Shown: in pieces, positions 47,976 through 57,226 of the stretch | Layout: each line of letters opens with the position of its first letter | How positions within the stretch are numbered: position 1 is the first letter of the stretch | Assembly (NCBI GenBank): GCA_944385445.1 | Contig: CALWXF010000007.1 | Coordinates: forward strand, 11,976 to 75,975 | Length of the DNA: 64,000 bases | Source of the DNA: an uncultured Oscillospiraceae bacterium | GTDB lineage: Bacteria > Bacillota > Clostridia > Oscillospirales > Oscillospiraceae | Reading direction: 5' to 3' | The notes under the pieces: generated by a model | What the model saw: only the letters and a program-made list of their open reading frames with translations | Told to the model about the DNA's origin: nothing | Database searches by the model: none | Position numbers and translations under genes: made by a program

Positions 47976-49042
47976 GCGTCTATCAGGGGTTGCAGCTGGA
48001 CCCCGCCATTTTGAAGCAGTATATCCGCAAGAGCCAGTCGGCGGGGGAAAAGCGGTACTATTATGCCATTATGGCCGCCCGTTCGGTGCTCATTGTGGCC
48101 TTTGCAATTTTGTTCATCGGGGGGCTGTCCCAGATCTTCGGGCAGGAGAACACCCCCATGGCGGTGGTGCTGTTCTGCTGGATGCTGGCCGTCCGCTTTG
48201 TGAATTTTGAGTACTGTATTCGGGACTCTCTGGTTTCCCTGGGGGCCATGCTGGGCATTTTACTCGTTGCCCCCACCCTGGCCCAGATGGCCCCGCCGGT
48301 GCTGCTGTTTGTCCTCCACGGGGTGGAGTTTTTCGCCCTGCTGACCCTCACCAGCCAGCGGCCCGAGCTGGGCAACGCCGGACTGTGTGGATTCTCCTAT
48401 GTGTATCTCACAGGCAACCCGGTGCAGGGGGAGGTGCTCCTCCAGCGGGCGGGGCTGGCCCTGGTGGGGTATGTGATCTGTGCTCTGATTCTGGTGAAGA
48501 AGCACCGGGGAGCCCACCGGGAGGTGCGCTTCCACCATGTGGTGCGGCGGTTTTCCCTCACCTCCCTCACCCACCTCTGGCAGGTGCGCATGGCGCTGGG
48601 AGTGAGCCTGGTGCTCACCCTGGGCAGCGTGCTCCAGGTCCAGCGGTTTATCTGGATGGGCTTTGCCTGCGCCTCTCTGCTGTCCCAATACCCCTACTCC
48701 CCCGACACCCGCACCCGGGTGTGGCAGCGGATTGTGGGGGTGCTGGCAGGGTCCGGGGCGTACTTTGTGTTGTATCAGCTGCTGCCCAGCGGCCTGCACT
48801 CCATGATGGGGCCCTTGGGCGGGCTGTGCCTGGGCTTTTGCACCGACTATCGGTATAAAACCGCTATGAACTGCTTCGGGGCGTTGATGATGGGCACGGC
48901 CATCTACGGCGTCCAGGATGCGGTGGTGCTGCGCATTGTGGACACCATTCTAGGGGTGCTGCTGGGCATGGTGTTTGCCTGGGTGTTCCACCACCTGGTG
49001 ACGGTGCGGGTGCTGCCAGAACAAGAGAGAAAAACGGCATAA
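47972..49042 (+). CDS. FUSC family membrane protein (putative exporter)
   Basis: About 10 TM; RMALGVSL..WMGFACASLL..RIVGVLAG..RIVDTILG; overlaps marR by 4 nt. Confidence 0.8.
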   Translation: MSVYQGLQLDPAILKQYIRKSQSAGEKRYYYAIMAARSVLIVAFAILFIGGLSQIFGQENTPMAVVLFCWMLAVRFVNFEYCIRDSLVSLGAMLGILLVAPTLAQMAPPVLLFVLHGVEFFALLTLTSQRPELGNAGLCGFSYVYLTGNPVQGEVLLQRAGLALVGYVICALILVKKHRGAHREVRFHHVVRRFSLTSLTHLWQVRMALGVSLVLTLGSVLQVQRFIWMGFACASLLSQYPYSPDTRTRVWQRIVGVLAGSGAYFVLYQLLPSGLHSMMGPLGGLCLGFCTDYRYKTAMNCFGALMMGTAIYGVQDAVVLRIVDTILGVLLGMVFAWVFHHLVTVRVLPEQERKTA

Positions 49043-49079
49043 AAAGGTAATGTGTGTCTTACCAACTTCGCAGAGGGAA

Positions 49080-49205
49080 ACAATCCCCCAGTCACCTGCG
49101 GTGACAGCCCCCTTTGCACAAGGGGGCCTAAGGGCAATGCCGTACCCAACGCCTCCCTTGTGTAAAGGGAGGTGGCCCGGCGTAAGCCGGGGCGGAGGGA
49201 TTGAC
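49080..49205. repeat. Family B doublet (B2 minus 49080-49128, B1 plus 49151-49205)
   Basis: Divergent pair beside the terminator hairpin at 49210-49245. Confidence 0.9.
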
Positions 49206-49259
49206 AAAGAAACAGGCGGTGCAGCGTTTGCTGCACCGCCGTTTTGGCGTTCTTGGAAC

Positions 49260-50903
49260 TTATTCGGCCGAAATCATATAATAGTACACGGGCTGGCCGC
49301 CGCTGAGCAGGGTGATCTCAGCGTTGGGGCACAGGCGCTGGAACAGCTCCAGGGCCTTGCCGGCGGACTCCTCGTCCACATCCTCGCCGTAGAAGATGTT
49401 GATGAACTCGGCGTTCTGCTGGGTCTCAGCCTGGGCCAGGTTCTCCAGCAGCTCCTCCATGGACTTGGCGGTGCCGAACAGCTGGCCGTCGCTGAGGGCC
49501 ATGTAGTCGCCCTCCTGGATGGCGAAGCCGTCAAAGTCGGAGTTGCGGGCGGCGTAGGTCACCTCGCTGGTGTGCACGTGGCTCATGGCCTCGGTCATGG
49601 CGTCCACGTTGTCCTGTACGGGACCCTCGGGGTCCATCACCAGCAGGGTGGAGATGCCCTGGGGCACGGTGCGGGTGGGGATGACCACCACTTCCCGGCC
49701 CTCAATGAGGCCCACGCACTGCTGGGCGGCCATGATGATGTTCTTGTTGTTGGGCAGCACGAACACGGTCTCGGCGGGGGTGCGGGCGATCTCCCGCAGA
49801 ATGTCCTCGGTGGAGGGGTTCATGGTCTGACCGCCGGAGATGATGCCGTCCACGCCCAGGTCCCGGAACACGGAGGCCAGGCCGCCGCCGGCACACACGG
49901 CCACCACGCCGTACTTCTTCTCGGCGGGGACGATACCGGGCTCTTCCTCCTGGGTCTCCTTGGCCTCTTCCAGAATCTCGGTGTGCTGCTCCCGCATGTT
50001 CTCGATCTTCACGGTGAGCAGAGCGCCGTAGGTCAGGGCCTCTTCCAGCACACGGCCGGGGTGGTTGGTGTGGACGTGGACCTTGATGATCTCGTCGTCA
50101 TCCACCAGCACCAGGCTGTCGCCCATGCCATTGAGGAAGGAGCGCAGCAGCTGGGGGTCCTTGGTGTTGTCCCGGGAGCAGATGAACTCGGTGCAGTAGC
50201 CGAAGGTGATGTCTCCGGTCTCAAAGGTGGCGAAATCCGCCTTGTCCTTGGCCTTGGGGGCGTCGTCCTCGCCGCCCTGGGGAGCGGGAATACCCCGCAT
50301 CTCGTCCAGCATACCCTGGAGGATGATGAGGAAGCCCTTACCGCCGGCGTCCACCACCCCGGCCTTCTTCAGCACGGGGTTCTGGTTGATGGTCTCAGCC
50401 AGGGCCTCCTGGCCGTGGGCGATGGCACACTCCAGCACATGCTCGGCGCTGTTCTGCTCCTGGGCGGCCTCAGCGGCAGCCTTGGCGGCCAGACGGGAGA
50501 CGGTGAGGATGGTGCCCTCGGCAGGCTTCATGACGGCCTTGTAGGCGGCGGACACGCCCTCGTGGAGGGCGGCGGCCAGGGCCACGCCGTCGGCGGTGTC
50601 GTGGTCCTTCAGGGCCTTGGACACGCCGCGGAAGAGCAGGGAGAGGATGACGCCGGAGTTGCCACGGGCGCCCCGCAGCAGGGCGGAGGCGTTGGTGGCG
50701 GCAGCCTGGGCCACGGTGGCGGCAGGCTTTTTCTTGGCCTCAGCGGCGGCGGTGCCAATGGTCAGGGACATGTTGGTGCCGGTGTCGCCGTCGGGCACAG
50801 GGAAGACGTTGAGCTCGTTGATGCTCTGTTTCTGGGCGTTGATGGAGGCAGCAGCGTGCACCACCATGCGCTGAAACAATGCGCCGTCAATGATGTCGAT
50901 CAT
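49260..50903 (-). CDS. fakA: DAK2 domain protein, fatty acid kinase subunit A (YloV)
   Basis: INELNVFPVPDGDTGTNM; ARGNSGVILS; VVDAGGKG; GYCTEF; GGQTMNPS; GGQPVYYY. Confidence 0.92.
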   Translation of the reverse strand: MIDIIDGALFQRMVVHAAASINAQKQSINELNVFPVPDGDTGTNMSLTIGTAAAEAKKKPAATVAQAAATNASALLRGARGNSGVILSLLFRGVSKALKDHDTADGVALAAALHEGVSAAYKAVMKPAEGTILTVSRLAAKAAAEAAQEQNSAEHVLECAIAHGQEALAETINQNPVLKKAGVVDAGGKGFLIILQGMLDEMRGIPAPQGGEDDAPKAKDKADFATFETGDITFGYCTEFICSRDNTKDPQLLRSFLNGMGDSLVLVDDDEIIKVHVHTNHPGRVLEEALTYGALLTVKIENMREQHTEILEEAKETQEEEPGIVPAEKKYGVVAVCAGGGLASVFRDLGVDGIISGGQTMNPSTEDILREIARTPAETVFVLPNNKNIIMAAQQCVGLIEGREVVVIPTRTVPQGISTLLVMDPEGPVQDNVDAMTEAMSHVHTSEVTYAARNSDFDGFAIQEGDYMALSDGQLFGTAKSMEELLENLAQAETQQNAEFINIFYGEDVDEESAGKALELFQRLCPNAEITLLSGGQPVYYYMISAE

Positions 50904-50937
50904 AATGTTAGCAAATTCCTTTCTATCAGCGCTGGCC

Positions 50938-51288
50938 TTAGCCGATGACCATGGAGTCTACGCACACGGAGACGCTGCGCACTTCCACGCCGGTGAGGCG
51001 GTTGACGTTGTACTTGACTTCACTTTGGATGGAGCGGCTCACGGCCACCAGATTGACCCCGTTGTCCACGATGATGTGCAGCTCAATGGACACGGAATCG
51101 TCCTCGTGATAGACCAGCTTCACGCCTTTGGACATGGACTCACGGCGGAGCAGATGAACCAGGCCGTCGGTCTTGGAGCGGAAGGCCATCCCTTTCACGC
51201 CGTAGCAGCTGGTAGCCACAGCGCCGGTGATGTTGCTGAACACTTCGCTGGCAATGCGGATGCGGCCGATTTCAGTTTGTATCTTCAT
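50938..51288 (-). CDS. Asp23/Gls24 family protein (YloU)
   Basis: G.IRI..EV...I.G.VATSCYGV.GM..GLV.LL..KGV..VKY..TG..V..V; canonical position before fakA. Confidence 0.9.
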   Translation of the reverse strand: MKIQTEIGRIRIASEVFSNITGAVATSCYGVKGMAFRSKTDGLVHLLRRESMSKGVKLVYHEDDSVSIELHIIVDNGVNLVAVSRSIQSEVKYNVNRLTGVEVRSVSVCVDSMVIG

Positions 51289-51583
51289 GGAACCCTTCCT
51301 TTCTATGGTAAGAGTGGGAATTGTGTGGTCAAGACAAAGCTTTAGTCAATACATTGTATTCCATTTTGGAGGAAAAAACAAGGGGAGTTTTCCCACAGAG
51401 GCGGGGGAAAGGATGGAAAATTTCAAGAGAAATTCCCGGTTTCTGGTGCAATTTGTGGAAGGGGGCTGGCGGGGCCGGGGAGGCGGGAAAGGGAATTGTG
51501 AATTTTTTTCAAATCCCATTGTTTTTTACTTGCAAATCGTGTAAACTATGACGTACCGAAACACACAAGGGAGGGACTGAACA

Positions 51584-51778
51584 ATGAAAGTCATCCGCTT
51601 TATCTTGAAGGCAGCCGCCGTGGCCATGGCCGTGAGCGCCGTGGTGTGTCTGGTGATGGCATACTGGGACAAGATCGTAGATACCTTCTACGCCATTGCC
51701 GACAAGGTGGAGGAGAAGAAGGCCAACTGCTGCTTCTGTTCCTCCGAGTACGACGATTACGAGGATATCGACCTGTAA
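51584..51778 (+). CDS. Small hypothetical membrane protein (64 aa)
   Basis: GGAGG RBS; N-terminal TM helix; own terminator at 51790-51820. Confidence 0.75.
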   Translation: MKVIRFILKAAAVAMAVSAVVCLVMAYWDKIVDTFYAIADKVEEKKANCCFCSSEYDDYEDIDL

Positions 51779-51881
51779 GCCAAAAAAGTGGGCCGCTGAG
51801 CAATCAGCGGCCCCTTTTTTCAAATGAAAAATAAAGAATGAAGAATGAAAATGCAGGTCCTGGGGTGCAGCGCACTCCAAA

Positions 51882-52016
51882 GCCTCCCTTGTGTAAAGGG
51901 AGGTGGGCTGACGTAAGTCAGCTCGGAGGGATTGACAGACCAGACCCTTCCGTCACCCTGCACGGTCAACCCCTCAGTCAGCCTTGCGGCTGACAGCTCC
52001 CCTTACACAGGGGAGC
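51882..52016. repeat. Family B doublet (B1 plus 51882-51936, B2 minus 51964-52016)
   Basis: Convergent pair with AAGAATG-like heptamer runs in the flanks. Confidence 0.9.
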
Positions 52017-52057
52017 CTTTTACCTGGCCATCCAGCCTTATTCTTCTTCATTTCCAT

Positions 52058-52095
52058 AAAAAAGTACGGTCAGCGTAAGCTGACCGTACTTTTTT
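52058..52095 (-). terminator. Terminator of the GH84 gene (shared family)
   Basis: AAAAAAGTACGGTCAGC-N4-GCTGACCGTACTTTTTT, arms identical to 6602-6639. Confidence 0.9.
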
Positions 52096-52108
52096 GCTTG
52101 ATGGGGGA

Positions 52109-55100
52109 TTAGCTGCGGCGCTTGCGGGTCACATAGGCGGCGCCGGTGAGCAGGCTCACAGAGCCAGCCAGAGCAGCCACATACACCATCAGCTGAGCGG
52201 AGTCGCCAGTCTGAGGCACGTTCTCGGGCTTCTCGGTGGTCTGGGGCTTCTCAGAGGCCTCGGGCTTGTCGGTGGTCTCGGGAGCGCCACCGGCGGTGAG
52301 GCCGTCCATGGCAGCGGACAGAGCGGCTACGGCGTTGTCCACAGTGGCCTGATCGTCCTCAGAGAGGGTCTCGTCCGCCATCACAGCCTGAGCAGAGGCC
52401 AGAGCGGAGCGGAACACGGCCACGGACTGGGCGGTGTAGCCGGACAGGTCGATGCTCTCGGCCTGGCCAATGAGCTCTTCCAGGATGGACTTGTCGGCCT
52501 TGAAGCGCTGGGCCAAAATGGCGGTGAGCAGGTCGTCCACAGCGGTCTCCACGTCGCCCTGGAGGGCGTCGCCGTCGTCCATGACCTTCTGACCGGCGTT
52601 CAGAGCGTCCAGCAGGTCCTGCCAGCAGTCCTTGACGTACTTGCTCTCGTTGGCAACCATGGTCTCAGCCTTGGCAATGAGCACTTCCAGCATGGTCTTG
52701 TCGCCCTGCTTCAGGCCCAGAGCCCAGATGCCCTCCAGCAGGTTGTCCCAAGCGGTGTTCACCTGCTCCTGAGTGGCGTTGGGGTCGTCCAGCACGTCCT
52801 TGGCCTCGGCCATGGCCTTCTCAAAGATGTTCACGGCGGACTCGGCCACGCCGGCGGTGTCCAGGGTCAGAGCGTACTCATAGGTGGCCTGGAGCAGAGC
52901 CTTGTTGGCCTCCTGACCGGGCTGATCGGGCACACGGGCCTCCACAGCGGCGTTCATGGCCTCCACGGCGGTGTTCAGGGCCTCCTGGGTCACGGGCTCG
53001 CCCAGGGTGTTGTCGGCCAGAATGGCCTCCACAGCGGCGATGGCGTCGTTGAGGGCGGCAATGGACTCGGCGGTGTAGCCCTCCTCAGCAGCGGCGGCCT
53101 TGGCAGCGTCCACCTGAGGCTGCACGCCGTAGGTGTTCAGAGCCACGAAGCGGTCGCCCTTGATCTCGATCTCGTTGAGGTAGATGCCGTCGGTGTAGGC
53201 GATGCGGAAGGCGGTGACGCCCTTGAGCTGGTTGGCGTGGTAGACACGGGCACCGGTGTTGCTCAGGTCGGCATCATGCTCCAGCAGGGTCTCGCCATCG
53301 GCGGTGACGGCGTACACGCTCACGCCGTCCCAGGTGCCCATGGCGTTGTACAGCACCAGGTCGTTGGCCTTGGCGCTCTCGTAGACGTGGTACACCACTT
53401 CGCCCTCGCCGGTGGCCTGGACGAAGCTCATCACGTCGCGGTCATAGAGCTTGGCCTCGCCCACGCCGTTGACGGTGGCCATGGCCTTGGCCTCGGTGGA
53501 CACGCCGTGGAACTCGGCGATCTTCAGCCAGTTGGTGGAGCGGGACTCGGTGACGGTGGCACGGATGGCCTTGGCCTGGACGGTATCGAAGCTGACGGAA
53601 ATGGCACCGCCCACAAAGTCGTCGCTGTCCACGATACCCACAGAGATCCACTCGCTGTCGGCGTTCTGGTACTCCAGGTTCACCTTACCCTTCATGGCGT
53701 CACCATCGGTGGTGGTGGTGTACTCAATGCGGTTGATGCTGGTCACGGTGTTGTAGGTGACGGTGAGGTGGGTGCCCTTGGCCTGGCTGTTGAGCCAGAC
53801 GAAGGTGGTGTTGTTGTAGTCGTTGATGTTGCTGGTGGGGTGGTTGTTGGGCTCATAGATCTGAGCGCTGGAGGTGACGGAGGCGATGGACACCACCTGA
53901 GTGGCGATGGACACCTGGGTCAGGTCCACGGAAATCTCCTCAGCGGTGTTGTTCATCACACGCACATAGCGGGCCTGAGTGCCGGCGGCAAAGCCAGTCC
54001 AGGTCTTGCCGTCCAGGGAGATCTGGACGTTCAGGTCGTCCAGGCCGGACACGGAGGACAGAGCCACCAGCTGGGCCAGGTCGAACTGGACATAGGAGCC
54101 GGAGCCCAGGGTCACGGTCTCGCCGTCGGTGACGGTGAAGGTGTTGCCGGACTTAGCCATGGCCCAGCCCTCCGTGTTGGTGTCGGTGTAGACGAAGGGG
54201 TCGGAGGCGTCAGTGAAGAAGGAGCCGCCGGCCTGGGTCATGATGTAGCGGGCGAAGGGCAGGATGTACAGAGCGCCGGGGTTGGTCACATAGTTGCTGA
54301 TGGTCTGGCTGGTGCCCTGGCCCTCCAGGCTCTCCACCTTGTACTTCTCCAGGGTGTCGATGCCGTTGGAGAGGTAGATGGCGTTCATCAGGTGATCGAA
54401 GCGCCGGCTCTCCTCGCCATACATGGCCTGGATGCAGTCGATGATGATCTGGCTCATGTCATTGAGGCGGTACACCCAGGGGCGAATCTCCTCTTCCAGG
54501 TTCACCAGCTTGGAATCATCGCTGTCCTTGAGGGTGAGGATGAGCTGGCAGGAATCCACGATCTTCTGCATCTCCTCCAGCACGGCCGGATAGTTGGAGC
54601 TGTCCGACTTGTAGGCGTTGAAGATGGAGTTGATGTTGGTGTGGTCCTGGTTCTTGGCAGCGTGGCTGGCAAACACACGCAGGGCCTCCTGCATGGCGGG
54701 GTCATCGGTGTAGGAGGCAAAGGACTCCTCCCAGTTGCTCTGGACATCGAAGTTGGCGGTGTTCCAGGTGTAGTCGGCCACACCGTACAGGGCCACCTTG
54801 GAGGCCTCAGCCTGGTTCATGGGGTTGGACAGGACGCCCAGACTGGCGGTGACGTCCAGGTCGGTGGCATACACCGAGTCGATGCGGTTCATCAGCAGCT
54901 GGTCGTCAATGTTGTCGTTGACGGGGTAGTTCCACCACATGACGGGCTTCTTACCGGTGTACTGCTGGATCTTCAGCAGGTCGGAGTTGCGGATGGGGGA
55001 CCACACGCCGGAGCCGGTCATCATCATGATGACGTTGTTGTCCTGGTTCTGCTCCCGGAAGGCGCCCAGGTTGGTCTCCAGCTGAGAGGAGGAGCCAAAG

Positions 55101-56914
55101 TTCAGGGCGTAGAAGCTGGGCACATAGTAGGTGCCGGCCACATGATCGGCGGGGTTCTCGGAGCCGTTGTAGGTGTCCTCCAGGCGGCGCTGAATCTCAG
55201 CCATCATGTAGGCCTGGTTCTCGGAGCCACGCAGAGCCACACCGGTGTCGATGTCGTCCACGAACACGCCGAACTGACGCACGCCCAGATCGTACATGTG
55301 GGAGAACTTCTCCATGATGTCGTCAATGCCCTGCTCCACGCTGTCACGGCTGGTGAAGTTGATGCCGTTTTGCATGGCGGGGTGGATGGACCAGGCAAAG
55401 GAGATGTTGTTCTCGGCGGCAGCGGCGGTGATGGTGCGCATGTCGTCCTGGGTCATCATGCCGTAGAAGCGCTGCTCGTCGGTGATCTCGGTGGGATACT
55501 CATCCCGCCAGTTGCCCAGGTGATAGGGGTCGCCCTTGGGGCCGTAGACGAAGGTGTTCATCTTGTTGTCTTCCATGTACTCGAACAGGGAGATGATGTC
55601 CTCCACAGAGTACACCTTGCCGTAGAAGCCCTCGACGATGCCACGGTACTGCATGTTGGCATAGTCCTCGATGGTGGCGCAGGTCAGCTGCTGGCCGGCC
55701 ACGGTGTCCATGGCGTCATCCAGGGTGGCCAGGCCGTAGTACACAGCGTCGTCGTCCTCACCCAGGATGGTCACACGGCCATTGGAGTTGATGTCCACAA
55801 AGTGGGCGTCATACTTGGTCTCGCTGGCCACAAACAGGTCGTCGGAGTAGCCGGTGGTGTTGGTGTCCACGTTCTCGGTAGAGCCGTGCAACCCTAACGC
55901 CAGGGTGCTCTCCTCATAGTTCTCGGTGACGGTGTAGGACACGCCCTGCTTGCCCATGATCTCCTGCACCCGGCCCTTGGTGACATCGGTGATGCCGGAC
56001 TCATAGTAGACCTTGACGTTGTCAAAGTCGATGAGGTTGTACTGCATCTCCAGCTTCTGGGGGGTGGGGTTGAGATCATAGGTGTTGTCCAGATCAGTCT
56101 GGGACAGAATGGTCACGGGAATCTCCACGTCGGCGCTGCTGCCCAGGTAGGAGACGGTGGCGGTGAGGGTGGCCTGGGTGGTGGTCTCAGGCAGGGTCAC
56201 CTTCAGCATACCGTACTCCACGGTGAGGTAGGGAGAGTCGCTCTTCCAGGTGACGGTGGCGCCGTAGTCGGTGCTCTCCACCAGGGACACGTCCCGGCTC
56301 AGAGCGTCCCACTTCTGGGCGTTCTCCAGCTGGGTCTTGGCCTGGTTGAGCACAAACTCCCAGGTGTTGTTGTACACTTCCATCTCGTAGATGGACACGC
56401 AGGTCCAGATGTCAGGGAAGTTCTCGGTGACATACACCCGGACATAGCGGGCCGTGACCTCATCAAAGGTGAGGGTGCGGGCCTCCTCGGGCTGGCCGTC
56501 GGTGACGTTGGCCACGTCGGTCCACTCATTGCCGTCGTCAGAGACCTGGACCTTGTAGGCCTTGCCGCCGGACTTCTCCCAGAACAGACGGACGCAGTTG
56601 AAGGTGGTGGGCTCGCCGAAGTCCAGGCGCAGCCACTGGGGGTTGCTCTCACTGAGGGTGCCGCTGGACCAGCGGGTGTCCATGTTGCCGTCGTTGGCCT
56701 TCTCCTGGGTGAAGTTAGAGGTCTCGTTGGCGGACGAGGCGGCGGTGGCGGTGAGGGCCAGGTTGGGGCTGGTCGCCTCATTGGCAAGGGTGGCAGCGGA
56801 GTTGGTGATCTCGTCGGCCTGGGTCTGAGGCAGGGCAGCGGCATAGCTGACGGTGGACAGACACATGGCACACACGGTGACCAGAGCGCCGACTTTCTTG
56901 GTAATCTTGCGCAT
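52109..56914 (-). CDS. Multimodular sortase-anchored GH84 beta-N-acetylglucosaminidase (NagH/NagJ-like)
   Basis: Start MRKITKK after AGGAGG; signal peptide; CBM32; GH20b-like domain; GH84 motifs RGIVEGFYG, YGPKGDPYH, FVDDI, WWNYPVND; further CBM32-like and FIVAR modules; VPQTG. Confidence 0.9.
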   Translation of the reverse strand: MRKITKKVGALVTVCAMCLSTVSYAAALPQTQADEITNSAATLANEATSPNLALTATAASSANETSNFTQEKANDGNMDTRWSSGTLSESNPQWLRLDFGEPTTFNCVRLFWEKSGGKAYKVQVSDDGNEWTDVANVTDGQPEEARTLTFDEVTARYVRVYVTENFPDIWTCVSIYEMEVYNNTWEFVLNQAKTQLENAQKWDALSRDVSLVESTDYGATVTWKSDSPYLTVEYGMLKVTLPETTTQATLTATVSYLGSSADVEIPVTILSQTDLDNTYDLNPTPQKLEMQYNLIDFDNVKVYYESGITDVTKGRVQEIMGKQGVSYTVTENYEESTLALGLHGSTENVDTNTTGYSDDLFVASETKYDAHFVDINSNGRVTILGEDDDAVYYGLATLDDAMDTVAGQQLTCATIEDYANMQYRGIVEGFYGKVYSVEDIISLFEYMEDNKMNTFVYGPKGDPYHLGNWRDEYPTEITDEQRFYGMMTQDDMRTITAAAAENNISFAWSIHPAMQNGINFTSRDSVEQGIDDIMEKFSHMYDLGVRQFGVFVDDIDTGVALRGSENQAYMMAEIQRRLEDTYNGSENPADHVAGTYYVPSFYALNFGSSSQLETNLGAFREQNQDNNVIMMMTGSGVWSPIRNSDLLKIQQYTGKKPVMWWNYPVNDNIDDQLLMNRIDSVYATDLDVTASLGVLSNPMNQAEASKVALYGVADYTWNTANFDVQSNWEESFASYTDDPAMQEALRVFASHAAKNQDHTNINSIFNAYKSDSSNYPAVLEEMQKIVDSCQLILTLKDSDDSKLVNLEEEIRPWVYRLNDMSQIIIDCIQAMYGEESRRFDHLMNAIYLSNGIDTLEKYKVESLEGQGTSQTISNYVTNPGALYILPFARYIMTQAGGSFFTDASDPFVYTDTNTEGWAMAKSGNTFTVTDGETVTLGSGSYVQFDLAQLVALSSVSGLDDLNVQISLDGKTWTGFAAGTQARYVRVMNNTAEEISVDLTQVSIATQVVSIASVTSSAQIYEPNNHPTSNINDYNNTTFVWLNSQAKGTHLTVTYNTVTSINRIEYTTTTDGDAMKGKVNLEYQNADSEWISVGIVDSDDFVGGAISVSFDTVQAKAIRATVTESRSTNWLKIAEFHGVSTEAKAMATVNGVGEAKLYDRDVMSFVQATGEGEVVYHVYESAKANDLVLYNAMGTWDGVSVYAVTADGETLLEHDADLSNTGARVYHANQLKGVTAFRIAYTDGIYLNEIEIKGDRFVALNTYGVQPQVDAAKAAAAEEGYTAESIAALNDAIAAVEAILADNTLGEPVTQEALNTAVEAMNAAVEARVPDQPGQEANKALLQATYEYALTLDTAGVAESAVNIFEKAMAEAKDVLDDPNATQEQVNTAWDNLLEGIWALGLKQGDKTMLEVLIAKAETMVANESKYVKDCWQDLLDALNAGQKVMDDGDALQGDVETAVDDLLTAILAQRFKADKSILEELIGQAESIDLSGYTAQSVAVFRSALASAQAVMADETLSEDDQATVDNAVAALSAAMDGLTAGGAPETTDKPEASEKPQTTEKPENVPQTGDSAQLMVYVAALAGSVSLLTGAAYVTRKRRS

Positions 56915-57030
56915 GGTTGATGTTCCTCCTATTCTCCTGAAATCGTGTATGGGACAATTTAGGGGATGAATCACCTCCTGGTTGGACAAGAAGAGGGGCG
57001 TGGGGAACTCCCACGGAAGAGGTACCGACG

Positions 57031-57097
57031 AAAAAGACCAGACGACACCAAAGGGGCCCATATCACAGCGATACGCCCCCCTTTCGGTACATCTGGT
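57031..57097 (-). terminator. Leader terminator overlapped by the RAT
   Basis: Minus strand ACCAGATG-TACC-GAAAGGGG..CCCCTTT-GGTG-T-CGTCTGGT-CTTTTT. Confidence 0.8.
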
Positions 57098-57119
57098 TTT
57101 GCCCATACGGTAACAATCC
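57095..57119 (-). promoter_or_regulatory. RAT (ribonucleic antiterminator) with short apical stem
   Basis: GGATTGTTACCGTATGGGCAAAACC keeps both canonical ends GGATTGTTAC and GGCAAAACC; 3' end overlaps the terminator. Confidence 0.85.
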
Positions 57120-57141
57120 TTCTTGTTGTTCACTTGCCACC

Positions 57142-57170
57142 AGTATACCACTGGAGATGGAAAAAGTAAA
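57142..57170 (-). promoter_or_regulatory. sigmaA promoter of the GH84 gene
   Basis: TTTACT-N17-TATACT with extended -10 TG. Confidence 0.75.
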
Positions 57171-57226
57171 CAAAAGAAGGATTGTTATATCTCATGAAAC
57201 TGTATGAATTATATTGTCCATTCTGT

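Noticed and set aside
56915-57151. 79-codon N-terminal extension of GH84 in the ORF track; similar extensions for 7069-10713, dtd, pfkB, arcA, arcC and trmO
   Set aside because: Extensions run through promoters, RAT leaders or upstream genes; downstream ATGs have RBS and family-typical N-termini
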